Shown here in pieces: positions 12,188 through 25,739 of a stretch of 64,000 bases of DNA; within the stretch, counting starts at the first letter, position 1, and each line of letters begins with the position of its first letter. The stretch lies in NCBI RefSeq assembly GCF_018350175.1, contig NC_058368.1, positions 14,634,001 to 14,698,000 on the forward strand, in the 5' to 3' direction. The translations under genes were made by a program, and so were the position numbers. The stretch comes from Felis catus. Lineage: Eukaryota. Under the pieces are notes generated by a model that saw nothing but the letters and a program-made list of their open reading frames with translations, had not been told where the DNA came from and searched no databases.

Positions 12188-12461
12188 GAAAGACAGATAC
12201 CATATGGTTTCACTCTTATGTGGATCCTGAGAAACTTAACAGGAACCCATGGGGGAGGGGAAGGAAAAAAAAAAAACAGGTTAGAGTGGGAGAGAGCCAA
12301 AGCATAAGAGACTCTTAAAAACTGAGAACAAACTGAGGGTTGATGGGGGGTGGGAGGGAGGAGAGGGTGGGTGATGGGTATTGAGGAGGGCACCTTTTGG
12401 GATGAGCACTGGGTGTTGTATGGAAACCAATTTGTCAATAAATTTCATATAAAAAAAAAAA
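12188..12461 (+). mobile_element. Young 5'-truncated felid L1 (end of ORF2, 3' UTR, poly-A)
   Basis: GAAAGACAGATACCATATG...TGGATCCTGA...AATAAATTTCATAT(A)n; perfect TSD AAGGCAGACATA at 12176-12187 and 12462-12473 at a TT|AA site. Confidence 0.95.
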
Positions 12462-15400
12462 AAGGCAGACATAACCTGTCCACATTTTTGCAGAAAAGTA
12501 CGCCCATGTATGGGTGATTCAGGAGAACCCACAAAACCTGCTTCATGGCAGGACCTTGAACAAATCAGAGGCTGCAAGTATGTGAATGAGACTCCCTTCC
12601 CAACCTGAGCAGGAAATTTTCAGTTTTCCAACTTAACAGACCAGTGTGAACTGTTACCTTCCTCTACAGGAAGGGAAGTAGAAGCAATAGAAGCTATTGA
12701 TGAAGCAAAATGGTTTACTCGGCAGGAGACCAGATGATTTGGAAAATGCTGTTAAAATGTGGAGCATCTACAATGGGGACCATGTCAAGAGACAAAATTG
12801 AAAAATGTCTGGGTTGTTTGGGGCCTTGATTTACCTGTTGAAAATGAAAGGGTATTTCACATTCTGAACAATGTGCCAGCAATGACAAGTTCACTACTTA
12901 GAAAAATCCAGGAAATTAATAGGTAATTCTGATGGAATAACGAAACCTCTCTTGGGTGGAACATTAATTATTACCCTGCTGTAGGGAAAGGTGACAATGT
13001 GGATTTGTCCAGGAAGAAGGAGCAAGAGTGCTATTTTCAGGGTCAGTGAATTTCTCTTTTCTTTTCTTTCTTTCTTTTTTTTTTTTTTCCAGAAATGAGC
13101 AACATACAAGAGAATGATTTTTTTTTCCCTGTGAGCAGTGGGCTGATAAGCTTTGCGAGATGGGGGTTCTACTCACAGGAAAGGATTAACACATGGCCTG
13201 CTCTTCTGTTGGCAAAAGGAGGTTGCCCTCTGCTACTGCTGTGCAGGGGTGATTAGGATCCATATTATTTGTGAAAGTGTCTTTAATGCTCCCTCAAGAG
13301 CCGTCTGCCCTGCTCCACTCCCTCCTTAGCCAATTCCTGGGGACCCGCATCTGGAGCTATTTCATTTTTAAGTGTACCTGCCACAGACACAATGAGATGT
13401 GCCCATCCCCACGCCTGTCCTCTGGCTTGACAGCCGCAGGCCCATGAGACCCAGATCCCTGGGCTGTACCCTGGTCTCACTGGACAGAGTCTAGGACTCC
13501 ATCTTGCCGATTCGGAGCTCCTTCACGTTCTCTATGCATGTTCTCTCATGGCTTGGAAGATCTTCCTCCTCTTGGCTGACTCCTGCTTGTTCTTCAGGCC
13601 CTCACTCAAGGGCACCTTCTCCAGGTAGTGTCCTCTGAATCCCCCCATCACAGGTGAACTGCAAAGCGCTCTCAGAGCGTCTCATGCTTTTCTCTGCCAC
13701 AGCCCTGATCGTTCTGGATGATTCCTCTCCATTTACTTGTTTCCTACACGGGACTTGGGCATGGCAGAGAGAGCGGTTGGGTGTGTTACCTGTGACCCAG
13801 GATCACGCAGAGGGACTGGCACCTGAGAGGAACTTGCTGGAGATGGGAGGAGATGATCTGGCTTGGATGGCAGATGGGGGAGCGGGTCCCTCAGGCTGAA
13901 ATTTCCATCAGTAGTGGAGGTTTAGGGAATGTTCTTCTTCCAGGTGGTGGGAAATGGGTCCTCCAAGGGGATCTTGAAAGTCAAAGAGAGAATGGACAGC
14001 AAAGGGTGGGAATAAGAACATTTTGGGGAAACACCCCACCTCCTGCTTCCTGAAGAAACGCAGGGATGGTGCCATTGATGAGATCTTACTTTTATTCACC
14101 CTATCATGGGGGACCATTCACTTGATTGAAGAATGTGGAAGAGACAAAAGCCATGTTGTATCTATACCAAGGTATGTTCTATGATTCCCACAGAGCATCT
14201 CCTGAGACTGGTTTTGAGAAGCACACTGTGAGACATTAATATTTTTGTTTCCCTTGAAATTCTCCAAATGGTACACTGGGTCATAAGACTGAGGCACCTG
14301 TGTTCTCAGCGGCCTTCATTTCCTCCTTCCCTCCCTCCCTCGTTCCCTCTCTTATCTTTCCTTCCCTTCCTTTCTCCCCCTCCTTCTAGGGTTTTTCTAA
14401 TGGTGACATATGAATTGTTGTAATAGAACGGGCCACAAATTTATTTGCATGAGACTGATGGTTGGCTTGCAGACAGCCACAGTCTACACATGCTGAGAGG
14501 GCCAGTCGCGGGCCGGTAGGGATGCTGTGCCCCTGACACACTGGTGTTCCACCATCTGTGAGTGATAAATCAGTCTCCCCCATCCATGGACATCCAAAGT
14601 AGAAGGTTTCTCACTAGATCTGAGAGTCTTATGAACAGGAATTCTGACTTGCTCGTCTTAGCCCCCACAAACGCGTCACTCACAGTAGGTACTTGACAAT
14701 TCTTGTTGAATAAATGGACACAGTTTTGTATCAGTCTACGACAGGGTTTAAAATTGCATGGTAATTACAGATGGTGAGAGGACTCTGGGAGGTCTTCTAC
14801 TTCAGAGGTCAGGAGCAAAGCCAAGAGTACCACAGGGCGTGTGCACCGTAGAACAGGCAGATGGTAAACATACATCTTCAAGTGAGAAAATCCAAGCTGC
14901 CATAAACACAAGGTCTCACTGGATGTGGCTGTGTCTATGTTGTCTGAACTCTGGACCAGGAGCCCCAGAATAAATGCCAAACCTTCCAGCTAGAGGCATA
15001 TTTTCTCACCTTTAAAGTCTTCTGATCCGTAGTAAAAATCAAAATGGACAACAGAGATTCCCTTTTCTTTCCTAAGCCCCAACCAAGTTGGCACTTACTC
15101 AAGAAACATTTGAATGAATGATTTGGATGTGCAGGCAAGCTGGCAGGGACATCTGTCACAGTGCTGATGGCCAGCGTGGATTTGGCTGGTCCAGCTGGCT
15201 GGGCGGGGTTCCTCATCTTCCCTCAGTACTCCTCCTGGAGCTGGGGGAATGAGCCACCTTCTAAGATACAGCAAAGCCTTTCTTCCGTTGAAGGAGGTGT
15301 TACAAGAACTGTCCCAGGATGCTTCTTTCCCCGTTTCTTGTTACTCATTTACCTCCATTTGCATAACTTCCTTATCTGTACAGAAGCCCCGCCTTCCCAA

Positions 15401-16356
15401 CTACCAATCCTTCCGGAGGAGTCGTGGGAGACCTTTCTTTCCCAATTTCCTCCTGTGGCAGTTTTATCATCTTCAACGCCAGAGTGGCTGGTGTTTGAGG
15501 TTTCTGCATCAGGGCCCATTTTTCTGATAGCAGGTTTTTTTGAGGGGGTTCCAGCCTCATAAAACAAGGTAATGGTCCTTAGGAAGCAATCACTTTAGCT
15601 ATTGTTTTACAGCAGTTGCACAAAAAGCCCAGAAAGGACCCAGTGATTTCACTGCAGAGGAGCAAAAGGGAAAACAGTAGCCACCTTAGCAGCCTGTAGA
15701 TGGCAGGGAAGGTGACTGCTAATTTTACAAGTGCTTGGAGATCATTCTGGCGCCTTCACAGGACACCAGGGAACCTGCAGTCACTTTTGCTGGCCGACTT
15801 CTCAATCTCCTAGCATTGAAAAACTAACATGGGAAAGAACTTTATTCCATTGTACAGTTTTGCAATTTTCGCTAAGGTCAATATTGCACATGGAATGCCT
15901 AATGGGAAACTGCTATAAAAATGGCAGCTAATTACAGGTTAGCGGATAAAACAACGCTCCTCTCTGGAGAGCTTGTGCACGTAGGTTGAAGGATAAAATC
16001 GGGCTGAATGGTATTTGATTTCTTTGTGTTTATCCAAGTCACTGGCCCAGGCAGGAAGGTAATATATGAAAAGGGACATTTTTGAAATAGTTGTTTTTGA
16101 ATTATGCCCATGAAATATACACTGTGCTGTGGGGGACATGTGGGAAAGCTACACTCTGACCGCATGACTAATTTTTAAAGCCTTGCATAGAGAGAATTCC
16201 CCCCAAGAACACAGCTGGGTTATTCCTTCGTGGACTGAATGTGTCAATTATGAATTGAACTAAAATGAAATTTTACTCCATTATGACAAAGGGAACTGAA
16301 GAGTGGACGCTGCAGCTAGGGCATTACATAGTAGTTCATACACCAAGTACTATTAT

Positions 16357-16362
16357 TTTATT
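16357..16362 (-). terminator. Candidate distal polyadenylation signal (about 5.5-kb UTR)
   Basis: Minus strand AATAAA with upstream TGTA and downstream TTGGTGTATG; lies at the end of the AT-rich UTR-like block. Confidence 0.55.
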
Positions 16363-18752
16363 AACTTTAAGAACATGTTTTACATAAAAACAGGCAACAT
16401 CAAAAAAGCTCAGTTGATAAATAAACATAATATATCACAGATGATTTCATTCCACATTAACCTACATTTATTAGCTTAAACTGAGAGATTAGGGAAAAAA
16501 TTTGATCTCATTCCAGCTTTAATCACGGATACAAATCGTTTGAAAGTTATTTCATTAAGATTCTGAAAATCAAAGATTAACCTATGCCATCTGATCCATG
16601 CAGCAATTGATAAATTCAGTATTTTCAAAGGAAACATTGAATTTTTTTCTTGCACCAAATTGAAACCTTCCAGAAACTTGTTTAAACACATCAAGTACCT
16701 AGCCCACCTTTTTAGTATGCATGAGCAAAATACTATTTAATTTCACACTCAACTAATCCTTTAATAATTTTCTTTCAGCCAGAATGAAAAAGGCTATTAT
16801 TAATTTCCTAATAAAATTAAAAAAAAATAGTTATCGAGGATATGACTCTAACCTTGGACCAGTTTCAATTTCTTTTTATTTTTTTCTGAGCAGACATCAA
16901 AGATTAATGTCAATGGCAAGTGAGAAATTGTCCCTAGAGAACTATTCAAGGTCTTTTTCTTACCACATTCGATTGGACTGGAATGAATTGACATTATAGC
17001 ATCTTTATCATCACTTTTAAAATCCTACTTTCTCTTAATACCGACAGTGAAGGCTTTTAGAACTATTATTTACTTTAAATTAATAAAGTATATCACAGAC
17101 AAAAATATACAATTTTACATTAAAGCAACATTAAGGGTCTCCATTCAGCTGACCAAAAGAGAATGTTGAGGAAATTTACAGGTATGGTTTAATTATAGAG
17201 ATCGCTTTTCCTTTAGGGAAAAAGAAGGAAACTAGGTTTCTCTCTTGTCTCCAAGGGCAAGATATTGCAAACCTCATGATCAAAACACCTGCCAGTTAGA
17301 AGCTCGATCACTGAAAAATGATCACCGCAGCTCCAGCGTTGAAGTCTATCAACAACAAAACCATAGGGAGAGAACCCCCCCCCCCCACTCTAACCCGAGG
17401 TATTCTAAGCCTCTACACTGAATTTCCTGTTTCCCACCAGTTTACGACCCTTAATGTTACTGGATGGATGGTTGCATATTTGAGATGATTAAAAAATAAA
17501 AGACTGGCTTAAAAGCACCTCCTCCTCAAGTATGTAATTACATACAAATTAAAGATTCCTTCTGACAGTCCTAGGAACCCCATTTGTTACTGTGTTATGT
17601 ATAAGCACCATTGAGCCAATTTTAAAGCACATTTGCAGTAATCAAATGTTTAGTGTCTTCAAGTTTTGTTGATTTATTTGCCTTTAAACAACAAAAAAAG
17701 TGTAAAGTGTGTTAATTTATGCTCTTACCGTATCTGAACTGACAAAATGTTAGTTTTGGAAGTGCTTTTAATCACCGTTTTCCCCCAACAGACAAGAATG
17801 GCTTCGTGATGATTAAATAAAGAAATCCATATCTCCAACAGAAGCATATATCTGACCCTCTATCACTCCATGCAAAGTAAGGGTCGGTCTGAGAGTATTT
17901 TCCCTAAACTCCTAATGGAAATGGCAGACAACACGCAGGAAAGGCTAACCTTTGAACAGACCAACTTCAAGTTTTTTAAAGGTCTTTGGACCAAAAAAAA
18001 AAAAAAAAATCATGTAGCAGTTTAAAAAATTAATTTACAAATTATAGAAAAGATGTTATCTACAGTATATGCCAGGTGACTCATTAATTTTTGTTTAAAC
18101 CCACATCCAAATGAATCATTACATTAAAACTACCATCTTGGATCTTGGTGCTTTCCAAAATTCTGAACTTACAGTGAAGAAGGGGACACAACCCAATTTT
18201 TTGTTGTCATTGCCCCTTTCTGGGGGAGAATTAGGCAGAAAAGAGAAGGAAGCGAAACCTTCACTCTTTGGTGCAGGCCCTATACGGCAAACTTCAGCCT
18301 GGGGCACCTTTTTATGGTCAAATTAAAAACCTTTGAAAACAGAAGTTTATCATGGAAACGCTGACAGATCCTTACCCTGAGAAGGGCTAGCAGCAACACA
18401 GTAATATTAGGAAAGCTGTTCCTCAAGCACAATGGCACTTCAGCGTGGGGTACAGAGTTGTCTAATGGGTGCCATTGGTCAGCAAACGACCATGATTTAA
18501 TGTGCCTGAGCCTCGGTCGCACAGTAGCTCTGTGACCCTCTACGCTAAACCAATTTTTCTTTTCTTTTCTTTTCTTTTTTTTTCCAACTGAAATATGCCT
18601 CAAAGGGTAAAGGATTGCAATTTTAGCCTTCATTCGTGGATATATTGCCTTCTTTCAACAATATCTGACAGGCCTGTTAACCACCACCCATGGGGGTGCT
18701 GGGCATTGCGAGAAGGTCTCACTGAATACAAAACGCCAAGTGTTTTCAGCAG

Positions 18753-18758
18753 TTTATT
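18753..18758 (-). terminator. Candidate proximal polyadenylation signal (about 3.1-kb UTR)
   Basis: Minus strand AATAAA, then CTGCTGAAAACA and a GU-rich TTGGCGTTTTGTATT downstream element. Confidence 0.6.
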
Positions 18759-21700
18759 TGTATTTTTTTTCTCTGCTTATTTGAATATGCACCACGTGTA
18801 AGTTAGGTGAGGGCTACGGTAAAAACATTTTCAATGACTGAAATCTTACTTTTCCTGCTAATGATTGGAGCAAATCACGTATTCATTGATTATGATGAAG
18901 AAAATGATTTCTGCTACATTGTTGAGAAAAAATGTGTTCATCAATATGAACAGTTCTCATCTAACAGAGATGATTTACATGATGCAAGCCATGAAGAAGT
19001 TCTTTAATTAGTCTACTACCAAACTGAAAAGGTGAATCTAAAAATTCCCTTGAAGATACCATATGGTTGGTCATGTATCAATAAAGGAAAGACAGTCCCC
19101 ATCACCAGGCCACCACCATAAGAGCTATATTAAATACTTAGGAAAAAAATATGGAAACACTGTGGCAATGATTAAATTGATAATTACAGAGATACACTGC
19201 CATAATGGTACATATATATTCTATGATAAAGTAAAATAAAAAATAAGATCAATTTGGTTATAGAAATTCCTTAAAGAACACCACCACTTAATTATTTCAA
19301 ACTTGAACTATCCCAAGAATGTTGTGAAAAAAATTAGAAAGCACTGGCTAAAAGCAAAGCAGTCTGGATACACCAATGTAATCAGCATGCCTTGTGCTTG
19401 TCTGTTAACCCTCTGAGTACATCTCTGACATTCAGAATCTCAATAGCTTAATGCTGAAGATTGCATTCCATCTGATTACTCAATATTTCTACTTGACAGG
19501 TCACATTCCACTGTTTATTCAGCATAAATCACTCAAATTCTACAGCGATGCGCTGGGATCCCCATGTTCAATGGGCCCTGCATTCCTCCAAGCTGCCGGT
19601 CTGCAGTGTGCCGGGAAACACTCCACAGCTTTGCAGGGTCCACGGTCCCCCTAGACTTGGATGGAAACAGGCCTGAGCCTTGCACTGTATGCTCTGTACA
19701 TGGAGGTTGTAGCAATATACGTAACTCCCATGGGAAAAACAGTAATTCAGAGAAAGAAACGAAAGTGACGGTCTATCGCAGGTAGGTCTCTGCCCATAGG
19801 ATTCTTCATATTCACACATTTAAAGTTGAGGCCAACCTATACAGCTCCTCTTTAGGCTCAGGATAGTGCTTTGCTTTATAGGTCTAGAGAAAGCAGTAAT
19901 TTCTGACCGGTTCAAGGTATTTTACTAATATGGTATCTACCTACACACCAACACCCTTCCTGGTATTCGGTCCTCCCCTCCCCCATCCCAAACCTAACCA
20001 ATTGTGCTACTTTGCGATGAGTACGCTACCATTCCAGAACTCTCTCAAACGGGGGTGGGGATTCTCAATAAATAATCTACTGTTTACATGTCAGGACAAC
20101 GCAGACCAAAGAGATAAACCAAAATGTGGAAGAGCAAAAAATTGGGGACGCTCCGTTGCAAAAGTTATGACATGTTGTGGTTTTAAAATATATATTAATA
20201 CAGACCATACTTTATGAGTTGAAGAGTGAAAAGCAGCAATTGAAGACCAATGTCTATTTGAAAATAAAGAACTGACTCTACAAGTTTCAAGACTTTCAGG
20301 TACTGAAGTATATTCAAAACAGAGACAATAAGTTGCCAATTTCATGAGCCATCACTCACTGGTTGTCTCCTGGATCACATTGCTGAGCAAACCCTAGCAG
20401 GACATTTGAGCTGGATCCCTGTCTCCAAGACACCGTGGCTAGCCTCTTCTCTAAGCACTGCAGTGACACACTGGAAGCCGCAGGTCCCCATTCTGAAATG
20501 GGACACATTCCAGAAGAAACTCATGGGGGATACAGGGCTGGGTTTTGAGAAAGGTTTGGTAACGGGAGTGAAAACGCAGGTCTCAGACAGGACTTGGCCC
20601 AAAGGGAGAAAAACATGTCTCTGTGGACAGCTAAAGACAGTGGGATTAAAATGTCATCTTGGGGAACAGCAGTTTTATTCTCAGGGGTACCTTGTAGGTC
20701 CTCATCCTGTTCTTCCTGGGAGGCTGTACTTAGGTAACCTAAAGGTGCACATGGAATTCTCCTACCAATGGGTTGATTTCTTAAAGCCCATTTTTAGAAC
20801 ATTGTGCTTTCTCCTTGGCCACCTTGCAAAGCACCTGCCTCTAGTATCCCTGTGCCCCTGGACTCCTGTGTATGGATTTCATACTCTACACGGATTTCAC
20901 AATGAAGACTGCAGTGTGTGAAAAGCAGGTAAGAAAAAGAACAGGACCTTGTTTCCTCTTTCTGTCTGAAACCCCAGCCCTATAGAGCACCTGGCAATTT
21001 ATTGCTCTTTCCCACCAGTTGTTTTTATTCCTATAGATGTCTCATCCTGAGCGGGCAGACCCTCATTCACCAAGCACAAGACGAGATATGGTGACTTCCG
21101 AGGGTCTGTGCTGGAACTAGCAGCAGCTGATGTGGAAGCAGCATTTCTGGGGCATCATCAGGCCGTCTTCACATGGAGAGAATTTGGGGGAAGGGGGCGC
21201 CATCTAGTTCCTGGGGTCAGGCTGTTTTGTCTCAGACCCAACTGCCTCCGCTTGGGATGCAGGGCTCACGGCAGCTGACAGTCATCCCTCGAGTGAAAAA
21301 AGTCCCTTTCATCATGGGATTGTGAAAGAGAGGTCTTCTGTCTAAGTTATAAGCCTGCTATATTCTAAACCCACAAAAAACGACAAGCAAGATATCGTTC
21401 GAGATGTCCTTCTCGTCTGGACATCTCAGCATCTAATAACATCCCTTGATCTGCAGCAAAATCAAGAAACACGTGTGTACACATCCAGAGGCCTGAAAAT
21501 TTCCCCAGGGGTTCTCCGTCAAATCCTATGCACTCAGAGGGTTAACATGTGCTATATTACATACTGCAGATCCTAGTTTGACTGATGAACACATTCATTG
21601 CTTCTATGTTTAAAAAAGTTGCAGATTAGCCTTAACCCTTTGAGGACCCTGTTAGCAGCAAGGTGCCATCTTCGCAAACGACGTGTGGTCATCTCATTGA

Positions 21701-21861
21701 GCCAAGAGAAATCGCTACAACGATACCAGAAAACACGCTTTCTGTTCTGCCATTCAAGCATTGAGTGCTAGATAGATCAGATGAAACCGTTTTACATAAA
21801 TTTGGAAAAAAATCTCAGAGTCTCAAAGGGTTAAGCTAGGACTTCGAGTCAAAGGGTCTTC

Positions 21862-22026
21862 TTAAAAGGGCGAGTTTGGGGAGCGAACAGTCTCGGATGA
21901 GCTTGGGGAGTAGTCTTCCGATTCCGAGTTGAGTTCGGGTGGAGCTGGCTGGGCCTTGTACCGGCTCTTCACATCCTGGTTGCGTCTTCGTCGGAAAACC
22001 TGCCTCTCCTTATCAAGAGCGGTGGT
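21862..22026 (-). CDS. DCLK1: DCLK1 terminal exon, cassette-skipped frame
   Basis: [54 protein letters not shown] then TAA (21862-21864); acceptor CCCCTGCTAG with AG at 22027-22028. Confidence 0.96.
   Translation of the reverse strand, partial: TTALDKERQVFRRRRNQDVKSRYKAQPAPPELNSESEDYSPSSSETVRSPNSPF
21969..22026 (-). CDS. DCLK1: DCLK1 terminal exon, cassette-included frame
   Basis: After the 74-nt exon the same acceptor reads (R)[18 protein letters not shown] then TGA (21969-21971). Confidence 0.93.
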
Positions 22027-23470
22027 CTAGCAGGGGCATAAAATGAGAAAGAGGACAATTAGGCTGAAGGAAGTGGCTAAAGAAACACTTTCTGGAACTT
22101 GGTGAGGTCAGAAAAAGATGCTGGCCAGCTTAACTGTCCCACTGTGGCTCGCTTTGGCTGCCAAGAGCCACCAGGGCCGGGGAGCTCTCTGCTCCCCGCA
22201 AATGCAGCTCCTTAGAGCGCCTGGTCATGACATGGGGAGGCACAGGCAGGATGGATGATGTCGTGGGTTCAACCTCTTCCCAGCCCTACCCAGCCTTCCC
22301 CTAGCTCCACATCTATTCCCCTTGGTGGCTCCCAGGCGGGCTAGAGCGCCCCTGGGAAATGGGGGCCCCAGGCCCGTGTGTCTGACAAGGGAGGACGCCA
22401 GGCGTGCCTCACTCATCAACATTCAGCTCAGGGCGGCTGTATAATAAAGATGAAAGGTGATGAAGTTGTCAGACATGGAAACAGAGCCACGAGCTCATCC
22501 TGTTATTTTAGCACCTCCTCATTCTAAATTATCTTATTATCTGTTGATGAGGGAGTGTGGCTGAATCTCTGGGAAGGACCGGTTTCATTTTAATGAAACC
22601 GATGCCTGAAATGGAGAACTGCTTTGAGTGCAATTAAACCAAACGGAAACCCTCCCATGGATTTCACTTTACAAAGTTCATTTTCATTGCAGTATGTGGT
22701 AATTTATGAAACAGAGATTCGATTTTGTAGGTATTCCAATTCCGGGTCTCTATGCCTCGTTTTCCTGATGAAACCTCAGATGATCTCCAGGATGTGCTAC
22801 CCAGCCGCAGCTCTGGAAGTTATTATGACATCAGAATTGGGAACGCATGACTTCATTACAGATTTAAAGGGTGTGGGGAGGAACGGGGTCATTACAGAGA
22901 AACCTTACACAGAGAGCAGAAGAGTAGGTACAAAGCCTGAAGAAAAATATAGACGACATATAAAAGTTGAAGGCGTCCTGGTTTGAAAGTCTCTCTTTAA
23001 AAGGATGTAGCCTGGAGGTTATTCTGCTTTTAAGAGATTACTTTTCCTCTGTAGGGATATGTACCACCATTTTTTCCTCTTGAAAATTTACTGTTAGCTT
23101 CTTCAAAGAACAGAGATAAATTTATAGCCAGCCTGGTTCTGAGAACAAAGTGAAAACTAAGCCCCTCATACAATTGCGGTGCAGCATTAGAGCAATCTTA
23201 GATCTAAAATAGGGCAATCAAAGTTCCAAAATGAAGTAATAAAGAGCAAAAGAGTGCCAGTGTGTAGGAACCAGTACAGTAAATGGCTTTGTTAGGCTGA
23301 ACTGCTCTGCTTTAAAAACTACCCACATACTGAAGAGCAGTGTTACAAATCAATGAGGAAGATAAACCTGAATAATTCACTTCTCCTTTCACTAGATCGT
23401 TAACACAATGATTCAATAACTGGTTTGTTGAAACATCCACCTTTGATTCCTTTACTTGCAGAGTTTTTAA

Positions 23471-23472
<2 letters not shown>

Positions 23473-23515
<43 letters not shown>

Positions 23516-23525
23516 TATATATATA
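23473..23525. repeat. (TA)n microsatellite
   Basis: Direct reading. Confidence 0.95.
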
Positions 23526-25739
23526 GTTTTTGGTCTTCTACCCACCGACTTTATGATATTTTCAGCATCATAAACCCAAATTCCTAACTTTATTTAAAAC
23601 ATGGTAAAGTTACGACACATGGTATTTTGCTTTCAAAGCAAACTGAAAATGTTCTGTTTGTGTAGATTTGAATGTTTGTAAAAAAAATAGACGTCTATTT
23701 AGTCTGACTTACATAAAAACCATTCTGTAGTTAATCCAAGAGGAATATAAACTCTCCTCTTGGTCATAAAAAATATTTCTATTCCTACCTTCTTGAGAAA
23801 GAAAAAGTCATTGGCATTGGACTACATACTGACTGGTGGACTGAGACTTTCTGGTGTGGAGACGAAAAGCACATTGGGATTGTAGTCAGGAATTTTGAGT
23901 CCTGCTCTGTCCATCACTGGCTGTGTAAACGATTTACTCAGTTCTTAGTTAAGTAAGGAACAGTAATAATGCCCTCCCGCTCGCCCAGAATTGCCCTAGG
24001 TAAGATGTGCAAATGCTTTTTAAATGGCTGAGATGCTCTGAAATGAAGGCTTTCCCCCAGACCCCTCTTACAATTTTAAAATTAAGTAACTGCAGGTCAG
24101 AGAAAAACATTCAAAACCAAGCTCCCATCAGAACTCATCTCAGGGCACCCTCCCTTCCTTCTTCCTTTCATCGGCACCTTCTCCATATGTATTTCATCTC
24201 CTCATAATCTACTCAATTACTCCAAATCATGCTCTCGGCTGCAGTCACTGAAATGGGCCATTTCTCCATAAATCCTGCAAGTCAGTCTATGCAGAGGCTG
24301 GTGGCACTCAATGTTGAGCCACCAATGTTGTGCTTGGATGATCCCATTCCCTTTATTCTCACTTGCGTTTCTCCAGATCCTTTCAAGGGCAGCCATATTC
24401 TCTCCCTTACTCGTCGTTCTGCCTGGAGAACCCTTGCCCTGGCCCCTTTAAAACCGGTCAGGTCTCGCCACTCCTGCCACTTTCTCTAGTTAGCAGCCTT
24501 CTAAATGTTTGCCCTGGTAGATGAACCCTGGTGCTCAAACGCTCCCATGCTTTTAGTTGCGCCACTAACCAGGAACTTCAGAGCAGTTCTTTCTAGAAAT
24601 CTATCATGTCATGATCACATGTCACGGAATAAAGGTGGGATGGTTGTTTCTGTTGGATTCATAGACTCTTAGAATGGAAAGAGAATTCATAAAGCGGTCT
24701 TTGTCCAATGCTTTGCCTTTATAAGCAGGGAAACTGAAGCCCAGGCATGTGGAGAGACTTGCCTGAATCGCATCACTAACTAGGAACAGCACTCAGTTCT
24801 CCTAGTGCAGAAGGAGGAGAAAGAAAACTCTTCCCAATTACTCTGAAGTCTGTTGAAACAGAATGAAATGGAGCCACCACGTGCCAGTAGCTCACTCTTT
24901 CTTTGTTCCCAACCAGAATGAGCTGGGGAGAAAACACTGACCACAAGCAGCATCAAAGGGCTAAAAGCCAGGGCTTTCCCATGCTGATTGGCCTGACAAG
25001 CCCTCTGTTTCAGGGACAGCGAGCATGTACAATCCCACTCCGGGCCTGTAAACCCCTAGGGAGGCTTGTATCTGATGACACAAAGGCAGTTTCCTACCCA
25101 CCCACGTCCTTGTAATATTCTCAAGGCCTACACAACTAATGACTAGGGTTCCCAAACAACTTGCTCTCAAAGATGCTCCAGATGGGGGTGACTGTCTTTA
25201 GGCCTTGCTTCCCTGGGTTCCTGCTCACTCTGCTTCCAGCTCCATGACTGTGGTTCATTTTACTAACATCCTCCTTGTCTGTGTTCCATGAAGCCTAAGT
25301 TTTGCTATTGCTGTGCACCCTGCCTATATCACAATCGCCTCTAACTCACGGTCTTCCCTGCCACACTGTAGACTCTTTGGAAGGCAAGATCAAGTCTTGG
25401 GCATCCTGTCTGTGTTCTCCACAGTTCACAGCACACAATAGATACTCTGCAAATATTGCAGCTTTTGAAATATGGGAAAGTACAACAGAGGTCACATTAT
25501 TTCCCCTGTTAAGCACCCAGTCCCCGTCCATCCTGCACATAGCTGACAGGTCAATTATCCCCAGGTCCGATTTATTTATAATTCCTCATAAAGCCCAACT
25601 TCTCGTCCTAACATTCACGATGTGTTTACAGGACACACTTCCAGGGTCTCATTCTTGGAATTACTCAGTTACCTGCAGACTTACTGTTCTCCATTAGCGG
25701 ACACTTGATTTTCTTGCACAGCTTCCATTTACTCTGTTT

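Larger units (their letters stand above)
16340..21861 (-). other. DCLK1: DCLK1 long 3' UTR (up to about 5.5 kb; distal end inferred)
   Basis: Follows the stop codon; AT-rich with no SINE/L1 copy I could recognise; several minus-strand AATAAA hexamers, the most distal I found at 16357-16362. Confidence 0.7.

Noticed and set aside
20406..20921. 171-aa plus-strand ORF antisense to the DCLK1 3' UTR
   Set aside because: Starts at a non-ATG codon and has no recognisable homology.
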